From positions 1 to 64,000 of the forward strand of contig JAJRTR010000124.1 of the NCBI GenBank assembly GCA_024278215.1: DNA of 64,000 nucleotides. The letters run 5' to 3'. The notes under the pieces are model-generated. The model was not told where the DNA came from, made no database searches, and was given only the letters and a program-made list of their open reading frames with translations. Each line of letters opens with the position of its first letter. Position 1 is the first letter of the stretch. Shown here piece after piece: positions 20,101 to 28,700 of this stretch. This DNA is from a bacterium (GTDB lineage: Bacteria > UBP15 > UBA6099 > JAJRTR01). Position numbers and translations under genes: made by a program.

Positions 20101-20561
20101 ATCCTGCGCCTGTATTCCTCGCCGCTGTTTTTAATGAGGTTTATGTGTTCTTTAACTTCGGACGGGGCGGTGTCGGGGACCATGGAGACATGTAGAACGA
20201 AATCGCCGGGCGATATTTCGGCGGGATCGAACAGCAACGTCTCCGGGGTTTTGTCCCTGTCGAGCACCGTAATAATCCTGACGGAAGCAAACTGGTTGAC
20301 AAGCGGTGAAAGGAATTCTTCGAGTTCCAGAGGTTTCATTTTATCTATACCATGGGTCAGGAACAGGCTCTCGATGCGGTTTTCGGCATCATCGAAGAAA
20401 AAGTCCGTCCGAGCGGCGAGGTTCCTCGCGAGATCAAGTTGCCTTTCGCGAATGTTCTGTTCGAGTTCATATCGGGTCATGCGAATAAAAACGACATTGC
20501 TCAGAACAAGCGGAATGCCGATTATCGCCGCCATGATTGTCAGTTTGTAAACAAGTTTCAT
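17121..20561 (-). CDS. Membrane sensor Cache-HAMP-GAF-SpoIIE/PP2C phosphatase fused to pseudo-receiver and HATPase-like (RsbW-type) domain
   Basis: Two TM helices around a Cache-like region, HAMP (TRPL..L...GEM..LA.AFN.M), GAF, PP2C motifs GGDWY, ADVTGHG, NAGH, YTDG, DDIT; C-terminal ELLMNA, VTDPFGG, GAGLGL. Confidence 0.85.
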   Translation of the reverse strand: MKLVYKLTIMAAIIGIPLVLSNVVFIRMTRYELEQNIRERQLDLARNLAARTDFFFDDAENRIESLFLTHGIDKMKPLELEEFLSPLVNQFASVRIITVLDRDKTPETLLFDPAEISPGDFVLHVSMVPDTAPSEVKEHINLIKNSGEEYRRRIFRSDVYSDKSGKKLLMTIARPFPDGRRTLGVEISLDTLEDVFASEKIGRAGTGAAYLVDGSGRLVAHSDRQRALSREDMTVIPAVKKMLGRKFQMAADFKDIDGTEMLGAFYTAYSAAGGWHVVVQEPRRDAYYTADLMRIQVGIAILLSIIFAVAAGLFITSTVTRPLYKLVFGAGEIGKGNLAHKVDIRGGGEMAMLADAFNHMGGALSERENAIENINRTAKLISTIIDRRQLAENALLALESIAGTSVISVAILERNDPPPKIYSIMNGQKTEAAQLPEALAHEIARVATTGVQVLLDEDTGDRLTDRHLPAVLLPVIFEDNIKGVITLAGRPDRRPFTHTDLHLYGIVASAVAVSLRNIELLEQTVEKTRMEEELKTARLIQSTLFPKHPPEIPGLDLSGFIQSASETGGDWYGFVHEPENRRIAIIIADVTGHGVPAAIVTATTHSFFKTLEIFRTGSAYEDEEKQRECAGQVLEGGGFFDPLSPDFMLRCLNKIILESTEGKLVMTLFASVYYYETGVMDYANAGHNLPLIFRESGFGKKKQLKTTYIKARGMRLGDEKTVSYKVRRMQLEPGDAILWYTDGLVECVNSDGEEYGMDRLKRVFEENAKRNSETIKNNLLGDAGRFYGAETQIDDITFVVGRVNEISALSGTGTDTPAARRNESAAFENAIIAAGDPELRKQLAWQLGGYGIEVVQVPDSVDGLENYQPERCDLCIVSMGGVMEDLGFATKLACDNPDSEMIFLCPSDFEDVIPIISEQGFPLRLVKLGGEHSLHISQCLIRKIVAPGSTDPGLASCMAKGTTLNKLSTHDTFSRIDDMQPLFDLASASGFDNHNLNLLKSIVDELLMNAMFDAPRDKNGNPKYADTRRSQRVVLDDGEAPVVEYGVDDDFFGICVTDPFGGLTRETILDYMEKRIYSREKHVDHSGGGAGLGLYHLYKMCDHLIFYVVPDRKTEVVCLLCHGSDSKPRKRGIKTLSFIEGRASSG

Positions 20562-20618
20562 TCAGTTTGCCATTTCCGGTATGCGCATAATGATATTACA
20601 CCACAAGGCGCGTACATC

Positions 20619-21626
20619 TCAATTCCATCCAATGGATTCAACATTTAAGAACAGTTCTTCGCCGGACTTTTCCACAGGCTCGACAGGAATATCTTTTTCG
20701 AGTTCTAGCGGTTTGTCGTCTTCTGTAAGAGAGATTTTGGCAGAGGCCACACTCACCGAGATCGCGCCCCTGTCGACAGCGATCCTTTCTTTTCCCGACT
20801 TGTCGATCGATATAGTTACATCAAAGTCCTTCTCGCTTTCCTCACTGAGCCTTACGCTTGCGAGCTCCTTCCAGGCCGAGCCGGATTCCTTGCTGCAAGC
20901 GGCGGAATCGCCTTTTGAACAACTGTGCTTCGCCCGGTCCAGAAGTCTCTCGATCCGCTGCTGATCCTGCTCGATAATGGAGGCGGTAAGAATATAGTCC
21001 TGAACAGCATCGATGTATAAAAGTTCCGGAGAATATTTCCGGCTTGTTTTATCGGCGGCGTTCGTACTTTCTTTATAGGAGTCCGAAAGCACATCGCGCT
21101 TCCTGCTGTATGTTATCACCTGTGACTGGCCGAATTCTATCAGGGCGTTGGGCGTTTTGAGACCCGCGAGCAGTTTGCCGATGCCGGAGCCTTTGACCCT
21201 TAGCGAGCCTCCCTCGAGTTCGACGACAGGACGATGGACCCTGCCGTCATTCACATCCTGCTGTATCTGGAGGAGAGCGTTTTCGCCCAGTTGAAATGAA
21301 ACATCGCCACCGAATTGTATCCTCGCGCCCGCATCTGCCGAGGTCTGGATTTTGTCGCCCGAAAAAAGTCTGGTGTCGATTACCGCTTTCTCTTTATCAA
21401 GGGCGCCGGGGCGGCTGATCGTCACCATTCCGTTTTTTTCGCTGATGTGCGCAAGGGGCGACGGAGATGCCTGTCGTGTGGTGCTGCTACTGCCGTACCG
21501 CAGGAGATTCGCGTTTTCGCGGGCAAGAAAAGCAAGTGCGGCAATAGAGCAGATAATAATAGCGGCGGCGGCAGCCGCAACATAGAGTCCGGACCTGTCT
21601 CCAGTGTTGTTATTTAAAATTTCCAT
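20619..21626 (-). CDS. FecR-domain membrane-anchored protein
   Basis: N-terminal TM helix; L..GD.IQT...A.I.F......LGENA, L..G, TPNA, F.V, V..G.I.V motifs. Confidence 0.7.
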   Translation of the reverse strand: MEILNNNTGDRSGLYVAAAAAAIIICSIAALAFLARENANLLRYGSSSTTRQASPSPLAHISEKNGMVTISRPGALDKEKAVIDTRLFSGDKIQTSADAGARIQFGGDVSFQLGENALLQIQQDVNDGRVHRPVVELEGGSLRVKGSGIGKLLAGLKTPNALIEFGQSQVITYSRKRDVLSDSYKESTNAADKTSRKYSPELLYIDAVQDYILTASIIEQDQQRIERLLDRAKHSCSKGDSAACSKESGSAWKELASVRLSEESEKDFDVTISIDKSGKERIAVDRGAISVSVASAKISLTEDDKPLELEKDIPVEPVEKSGEELFLNVESIGWN

Positions 21627-23506
21627 ATTATATTTATGTCAAACGAACCGGCGCGATTGCGCGAATAATCGTAAGATAATGTTGTCGTCAGACTGTCGTT
21701 GATGCGGTTTGACAACCTGAAACGCGACGAGTTCGTCCTCGTTCCGCGGCTTTTTCTGCGTGAAAATGAATAGAGGAACTTGCCGGCGTTGCCGAACAAT
21801 CTCCTGCTGTAGTCGATCCTGCTGGTACTGGATGGTCCGCCGGCATCCGCCGCGCGTTTCCATGTCAGCGAAACGGATTGCGAGCCCCCCGGCGACCAAC
21901 GCGCCCTGTATGATTTCTCTGTTTCACCTGTCCCGCCGCCCTGTTCCTTTTCCTGTCCGTATGCCATAGTCCAGGCGCGGTTAAGCCTGAATTCGTTGCC
22001 GATGTAGTAGTTCGTTTTACGGCCCGAGAGCGGGTTATAAACATGGTCGCGGCTGATAGTGTGTACCCACCGCCTCCCGTTTTTCCAGGCGATCCTGCCA
22101 TATATGCTTTTTTCGTCGACACCGTTACTGCCCGAGCGGCCGCTGTACTTCGGCGGATTGTTGTGATCGAGTGTAAAGTCGCGATAATACCTGTATTCCA
22201 TATCAAGTGTCACATCATCGACACCGGCCCTTTGCGCCGCAATGTACAGTCCGCTGCCCGAGTCGATTATATCAGAGTATTCGCATGTCAGGCTGCCCCA
22301 TGTCATTTTCTTTACGATATCGGTGCCGACGGCTTCGATTGCGTCGCCCGCGTCATTTGTTTCATTTACATACACGATACCCCATTTGAACTTTGGGACG
22401 GCCCACTTCTCGATCCGCAACGTCCATAACTCGTCTCCTCCGCTATCTTCGCCCCATGCCGCCACAGCGCGTGACCGCTTTCCGAACGGTGCGGATAAAA
22501 ACGTTCCTTTTACTCCGGCTGAACCGACCGTGAGACCGTTGGCGAAGGTGATATTATCGACATCTCCGAGCAGCGCGTAAGCGTCTGTTTCGGGAGTTGA
22601 CATTGAAGAATGTAATTCGAGGAGTTTCTTTGTCAGCTCGAATGAGTAGCCGCCGCCAAAGTCCATATCCGCTCCCGACCTGTATGAGTTGTCGATGCTG
22701 CCGGAAAAGTAAGTTTTTAAAAACTTTCCTTTAGTTTCATAAGTCAGGCGGTTAGTAATATTCGATTTTTCGCTTTTTTTTACGCTCGCATAGACATTTG
22801 ACGAGCCCCAGGCGCTGAAGATATTGGCGGTGGATGGATAGGGCACATTTCGCCCTGACAAAACATACGGAGCAGCCTTTTCGAGCGCCGCGAGTTCCTT
22901 CGCAAACTCCACTTCGATATAAGAAATCTTCCGCAGGTCTTCTTTTGAAAAAATGTCGGGGTGTTGCCTTTTCGACGCGATAAGGCCCGAAGCCGCCTTC
23001 GCCATATCCGCTCTTGTGAAAAGTCTGCCGCCGCGAAAGTCGGATTCAGAATATCCCGCGACGAGACCACGCGCCGCGAAAGCTGCAAGGGTGGAGTATG
23101 CCCAGTGGCCTGCGGGCACTATCGCCGACTGCGCCGCGGGCGATACCGCCTGTGGGAAGTTGGTTCCTCCCAGGCGGCCGAGTTCAGGCTCATATTCATC
23201 TCGAAGCCGTCCCAGCAGTTGGATGTCCTCAAGAGAAAAGATGTTGCGGTTTGTTATGTAGTGGGCTATTACCGCGGCCACGGCATGTGCAAGGTCTTCT
23301 CTCGTGTATTCGTTGATGCCCCTGAAATCATCAGGCCGGTATCCGGGGGCAAGTCCCTTTTCAGCAAAGTGCTCCATCGCCTTCATCGACCAGTGATCTT
23401 CAGGCACGGTTATCTGCACCTGTGCGCCGAGTTGCACCGGCAACGCGCACAGCGCAATCATCAGCAACAACAGAACATTGCGATTGTTTGTGTGTTTATC
23501 TGACAT
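21614..23506 (-). CDS. Secreted protein with two SLH domains and probable C-terminal beta-barrel
   Basis: Signal peptide; VPEDHWS...GLAPGY...FRG...TRED and VPAGHWAY...GLVAGY...FRG...TRAD; alternating beta-strand pattern ending ...INIIWKF. Confidence 0.75.
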   Translation of the reverse strand: MSDKHTNNRNVLLLLMIALCALPVQLGAQVQITVPEDHWSMKAMEHFAEKGLAPGYRPDDFRGINEYTREDLAHAVAAVIAHYITNRNIFSLEDIQLLGRLRDEYEPELGRLGGTNFPQAVSPAAQSAIVPAGHWAYSTLAAFAARGLVAGYSESDFRGGRLFTRADMAKAASGLIASKRQHPDIFSKEDLRKISYIEVEFAKELAALEKAAPYVLSGRNVPYPSTANIFSAWGSSNVYASVKKSEKSNITNRLTYETKGKFLKTYFSGSIDNSYRSGADMDFGGGYSFELTKKLLELHSSMSTPETDAYALLGDVDNITFANGLTVGSAGVKGTFLSAPFGKRSRAVAAWGEDSGGDELWTLRIEKWAVPKFKWGIVYVNETNDAGDAIEAVGTDIVKKMTWGSLTCEYSDIIDSGSGLYIAAQRAGVDDVTLDMEYRYYRDFTLDHNNPPKYSGRSGSNGVDEKSIYGRIAWKNGRRWVHTISRDHVYNPLSGRKTNYYIGNEFRLNRAWTMAYGQEKEQGGGTGETEKSYRARWSPGGSQSVSLTWKRAADAGGPSSTSRIDYSRRLFGNAGKFLYSFSRRKSRGTRTNSSRFRLSNRINDSLTTTLSYDYSRNRAGSFDINIIWKF

Positions 23507-25613
23507 TTTTCAGATTTATTACAACCGGGCCGCTTTCCATAACCTCGCCGTTATACTCCACCACAACTTTAAAGCTTATTGTAGCGTCCGGTAAAACGAA
23601 GGTGGAAATGTCGTCGAGATCGAATGAATATTTGTTTCCGGCATCGGCGACAACATCTATGAATCTGCTGCCGTTGATGTAGAGTATCACCGTCGCTCCT
23701 GCCGGTGCGGTGCCGCCTGCAACAATGGGAATGTCCTTGAAAGAAAACCCATCCTTCGGTTTTTCAATATGAACATATAATTCTATGTCGATAATATCTT
23801 CGAGCGGTGCCGCGTCCGGCTCGTCGCCGGGTTCGACAACAGGCTCGTCAGCAGGTGCGTCTCCGCCGGGCTGGTCGACAGGCGTATCGACGGGTTTGCC
23901 GCCCTGGTCATCACCGGCCTGGTCGGAATCACCCTGACCGTCATTGCCGGGATCGCCCGCCGGACTGTCGTCGGGGTTGTCAGTCAGGATGCCGTCCGGA
24001 TTATCGTCCACTGCCGGAGCCCTCACAGAGAATGTCCATTTATTCACGGCGGTGTTGCCCGCGGAGTCGGCGGCGTGCGCTTCGATACTGTGCGTCCCGG
24101 CGTCGAGCGGTTCGTCCGGTATACATGTCGCGGACGTATCCCCGGCGTCCAGGTCGCAACGCACGTTACCGTTGTCGATAACCAGAGTTATCGACCCGGT
24201 GTCAATGCCGCAGTCGCCGGAATCCGAATAGTCGAATATGAAATGATCGTCGTCGCCTGAAATCTCCTCACCCTGCGCCGGGAACTGCGGTATGACGACC
24301 GGCGCGTCGATGTCGACGATAACTGTCTGCTCGTCTGTCAGGATGCCCGTGGTGCCGTCCTCGTTTTCAATAGCCGCGGCGATGTCGTTGTAGCCGTTTG
24401 ACAATTGTATGGAATCGAAACTGAAAGTGCCGTCGGGCATAGACACGTCGCGTCTGGATTCCGCGCCGTTGACAAGCAGCAATATCGTTTCATCCGCCGG
24501 GGCGCGACCGTCTATCTGAAGTGAAGTCATGTTTGTGCAGCGGGGTAGTGGATCGATGGAAAAAGCCGACGTGTCGCGCAGTTCGGGCGACTCGATAACC
24601 GCAAGCAATTCGCCGGGCGTTGTTATGCTGAATGCGGCGTTCCTTTCGGATGTCGCAACATTTCCGGCGTTATCAGTACAGGTAACCGACGCCTCGAATC
24701 TGCCGCCGCGCGCGCCGAGTTCTTTCGCCCGTATCCTGACCACATTGCGCCCCTGCGCCGTCGGCCGTAGTTCCTTTGTCATAGTGCTGCTGAAGCCTTT
24801 TACAGCCACTTTGCAGAAATTGACATTAGCTTCCGGAACATCATCGACATTGAAAGCGATTTTTACAGTGCCGTTGTTGTCTATTTCGGCTGGAGAGGCG
24901 GAAATATTTGTGATAACAGGGGCGGTTCCGTCGATTGTGAAGGCGGTCGAGACGATATCCGATGCGTTCCCGTTTTTATCCGAAGCGGAAACGGAAACAA
25001 CATAACGGCCGTCGGGTGCAGCGGGAATCTTCCATAAATAGATGTTATTTTGTGAGGTTTTATACGGCCCGAAACCGCCGAATGGACTGCCGTTTCTCGA
25101 AACAGACAGTGAAACGGACTTCGGTTCGACACCACTGCCGCCGCCATCGGATATTTCCGCGGCTATTGCAATGTTCGAGCCGACAGCCGCGAGGAAGCCG
25201 CCGTTTCCAGGTGTCGGCGAAACAAATTTTATCAAGGGCGGTTTTGTGTCCGAAGCATCGGGATCAATAGTGAACGACCATTTTTTTATGGCCGAACTGC
25301 CGTTCATGTCGAAAACGACGACCTTCGCCGTATGCCTGCCCGGCGCGAGTGGTTCCGGCGGCCTGTAAGTTATCTTCCACTGGTCGATGGATGCGCCGGC
25401 GGTGACGTCTTTTCCGTCGACGAGTATCCGCACTCTCGATGTGTCGACCGGCGCGGACCTGGAATAGAAGTTAAGACCGATCAGGGGCTGCCTGTCCGCC
25501 GTGACACCGGCGAATGCGGACACGTGCCATGCCGCCGCCACGATGAAAACTATTATTGCGGACAGCAGCATGGTTTTATTATTGTTTTTAATATTCAGCA
25601 TATTATCCAACAC
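23496..25613 (-). CDS. Secreted Ig-like domain repeat protein with acidic Pro/Asp linker
   Basis: Signal peptide; repeated D..PP.I / G.H...V.A.D.AGN Ig motifs; D/P/G-rich linker near the C-terminus. Exact start uncertain. Confidence 0.8.
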   Translation of the reverse strand: MLDNMLNIKNNNKTMLLSAIIVFIVAAAWHVSAFAGVTADRQPLIGLNFYSRSAPVDTSRVRILVDGKDVTAGASIDQWKITYRPPEPLAPGRHTAKVVVFDMNGSSAIKKWSFTIDPDASDTKPPLIKFVSPTPGNGGFLAAVGSNIAIAAEISDGGGSGVEPKSVSLSVSRNGSPFGGFGPYKTSQNNIYLWKIPAAPDGRYVVSVSASDKNGNASDIVSTAFTIDGTAPVITNISASPAEIDNNGTVKIAFNVDDVPEANVNFCKVAVKGFSSTMTKELRPTAQGRNVVRIRAKELGARGGRFEASVTCTDNAGNVATSERNAAFSITTPGELLAVIESPELRDTSAFSIDPLPRCTNMTSLQIDGRAPADETILLLVNGAESRRDVSMPDGTFSFDSIQLSNGYNDIAAAIENEDGTTGILTDEQTVIVDIDAPVVIPQFPAQGEEISGDDDHFIFDYSDSGDCGIDTGSITLVIDNGNVRCDLDAGDTSATCIPDEPLDAGTHSIEAHAADSAGNTAVNKWTFSVRAPAVDDNPDGILTDNPDDSPAGDPGNDGQGDSDQAGDDQGGKPVDTPVDQPGGDAPADEPVVEPGDEPDAAPLEDIIDIELYVHIEKPKDGFSFKDIPIVAGGTAPAGATVILYINGSRFIDVVADAGNKYSFDLDDISTFVLPDATISFKVVVEYNGEVMESGPVVINLKNVR

Positions 25614-25716
25614 CTTATCCCGACGGTAATCATATTATATCGTTCCTGCTTTCTTCCCCTGTGGGCACAACGGCACTCCTGTTTCCGTAATTACGCACAA
25701 CGGATGCGGGAGCGCA

Positions 25717-25757
25717 CCGCAGGCCCGTTCCCACCAAAGGTGGGAACGGGCCCGCGG
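25717..25757 (-). other. Strong intergenic stem-loop
   Basis: Minus strand CCGCGGGCCCGTTCCCACC-TTT-GGTGGGAACGGGCCTGCGG: 19-bp stem with one G-U pair and no U-tract. Confidence 0.7.
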
Positions 25758-25780
25758 CGAATATACCGATCGTAACAACA

Positions 25781-28700
25781 TCACGGAAACGGCGTTCCGA
25801 ACTCGATTTCATTCTGTACCTGTACAGTGCCCTGGCACTGATTCGAATAATTGTAGGAGGAATCGACAGCATATATCCTGAAGTGGTAGTTGTCGTCTTC
25901 GACAACATTGCCGTCTTCGTCCCTGCCGTCCCAGGCCTGTGAGATTGTCTGTGGAGAAGCCGGGTCGGAAGCGCCCGCATAGCTCCTGTATAATGTGTCG
26001 TCCTTTTTGATCTCCATTTTCCATGACGATAATGCCGTGTCGTCCGCTATTTCAAATGTGATGGTTGTCGATTCCTCGCTCGGGTTGAAAGGCGATATGT
26101 CCGGGCCGTAACCCGGTGACGTGCAGTCCACCGTCGGTTTCGTTGTATCCGTGATTGCACCGCCGAACTGGAATGTGAAATCCGCGGCGGAACCGCTGTA
26201 TTCGCCGTCGAGATAATTTGCGGGTGACGCTTTGTCGGCAATGGACTGGCTCGCGGTTACAGTTATCGTCGTGGCTGACACGCTGTATGGCGAAGTATCC
26301 GGCTCGAACGCGGCGGTATATGATGAATCGTCATAGGTCCACGTACCGGCGACGGGCACGCCGCCGTCTGTTACAGAGAAAAAAGAAGAATTCGGTGACG
26401 GGGCGAGGTCCACATCTTCACTGAATACTATTTCTATTTCACTGAAGTTGGAACTGACCTTGCCCGCAGGTGAAAACTCGGTGACAAACGGCATTTCCGT
26501 GTCGACGCCGATGTCGACGTAAACCGTGTCCTCCGACAACAGTCCAGTAGTGCTGACAGCCGTAACCTCCGCCGTGCCGGGCGTGGTGCCGGACTGCAAC
26601 TGGAATTGTATAACGCCGTCCGACGACAGGACAATCGGTCCGTCGACGATTGTACCGAGTGTTGTCGACAGTGTATAGGAGGTTCCGTCGGGTATGGCGG
26701 AGCCTGTGCAATCGAGTATTTCCTGCGAACGTATTGTGGCGAAGTCTGCGCCGTCGGCATCGAGTTTATCGGGACTTGCCTGGAGAATTGTTTCCCTGTA
26801 GTTGTTTGACACTCTGACAGTGGTAGCCGCCGTGTCCGAGTCGATGCTGTCGTCATAAACTATGAGCGTAATATTATAGGTATTGGCGACATTGAATGTT
26901 TCGGGCGATGGATCGACTGTATTTATCTCATGGCCGTTCCCGAAGTTCCAGAACCAGTGAGTTAAGTTGTATCCTGAATTGGGGTAGGAACTCGCGGCAG
27001 TGAAATCGACAGAGCCGCCGGGGCAGATGTCGGTCGAGCCGGATTCGAGCGTGATAACAGCGGTTATATTCTGCACGGCGACAGCAGTTGCTGTGAAATC
27101 GACCGTAAGAGAGCCGCCAGCGTCGGCGTGCAAAGTATTTGTGCCCGGTGTCGCCCCCAGTTCCCATGCGCCCGGTGCCACCTGCCCGTTCGCACCGGTT
27201 GTCTGCACTCCGTCTGTGACGCTCCCTCCGCCCGCTGTCGCGGTGAACGTAACTGACACGCCCGAAACAGGATTACCGTAATCATCCACAACCCTGACCG
27301 TCGGCACGGTGGCCACCTCTGTCGAAACAGCTGCTGTCTGGCCGTCGCCTTCGACCTTCGATATCGCCGCCGCCGCACCTGCCGATACATTGATGCTGTT
27401 GCTTGTGCCTTCGAGCGTTCCGTATCCGATTGTGAGATCGACGGAGCTGTTCGCTTCGTACAGAGTCACCTGGTCGGTAGCGACGCCGGACACGAAGGAG
27501 TTGTCCACAATCGACGGCGCTGTCGTGTCGGGCGCTGCGTTCGCTCCGGAGAACGATACCGTCGTCGCTCCGGGATCGTAATCGGCGACAGTATTCCCGA
27601 GGTTGTTCTTCGCCGTGACGACAACATCGAACACAACTCCCGCGGTCTGCGCGTAGCCCGTTGTGGGAACAACAGTAAAATATGTCGCCGTGAGTGCGTT
27701 TTGCGTTATTGTAATGTCTTTAGATACAGTCGGCACGCTGTTGCTTACAGCGGTTACCGTGTAGTTCCCGGCACCGGTGCCGGCAGTGTACTGTGCGGTT
27801 GCGTTTCCGCTTCCGTCGGACACATCGCTTGCGTCGACAGTTCCGGCACCCGCGGCGGTCTGCACAGAGAAGTCCACCGTCTCACCGGCGATGGAGCAGT
27901 CCCCGGCATCCAGAATCCGCACCTGTACATTCACCGTGCTGCTGCCGTCCGCGTCGACGGAGAGCGCGCCGCCCGTCTGGTTTATTGTAGCGGGCAGAGC
28001 GGCGGTTTCATGTATAAGCAGCGAATCCGAAACCGCCGGGAACGCGGTAGGATAGGCGGTTACAGTCGAATCGCCGCAGGCCGTGCCCGCCGTGTATGTA
28101 GTGGCGGCGACACCCGATGCGTCAGTGTCGGCGGTAGCGGGTGAAACGCCGCCGTCGCCCGGCGGGGCGAGGTCGAATGTGATCTCTATTCCCGCCTGCG
28201 CGTTATTGCCGTAGTCATCCACCGTTTCGACCGAAACAGGGGCTGTTGTCGCGCCGTCGGCATCTATCGTTATCTCGTCCAGCGATAAGGACGTAATCGA
28301 AACCGCCGCCGGGCTGCCCGCCTCTACGCTGATATTCGATGTTGTGTATCCTTCAATTGTGCCGTACCGAACCCCGATTGCGACACTTTCGACTTTATAA
28401 AGTGTTACATCTGCTGTTGAAACACCGTTGGTGAATGCACCGCCCACGGCAGAGGGCGAAGTCGAGTCCGGTGCGTCCGACGCGCCGAGCAGTTCGAGTG
28501 CGGACGCGCCGGGATCGTAGCCCGCGACAGTCGCTCCGCCTCCGTCTATCGCTGTAATAGTGACGGTGAAAACACTTCCGGCTGTCTGTGAATACGAATC
28601 CGGGACAACATTAAATCCTGTGGCGACGGAGGCGGTTTGCTGGATAGTTATGTTCGTATTAACAGATGGAACCGAATCGCTCTCGGCGACTACGTTGAAG

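Noticed and set aside
20578-20605. dif-like TGCGCATAATG
   Set aside because: Only the XerC-arm half matches; no TTATGTTAAAT XerD arm.
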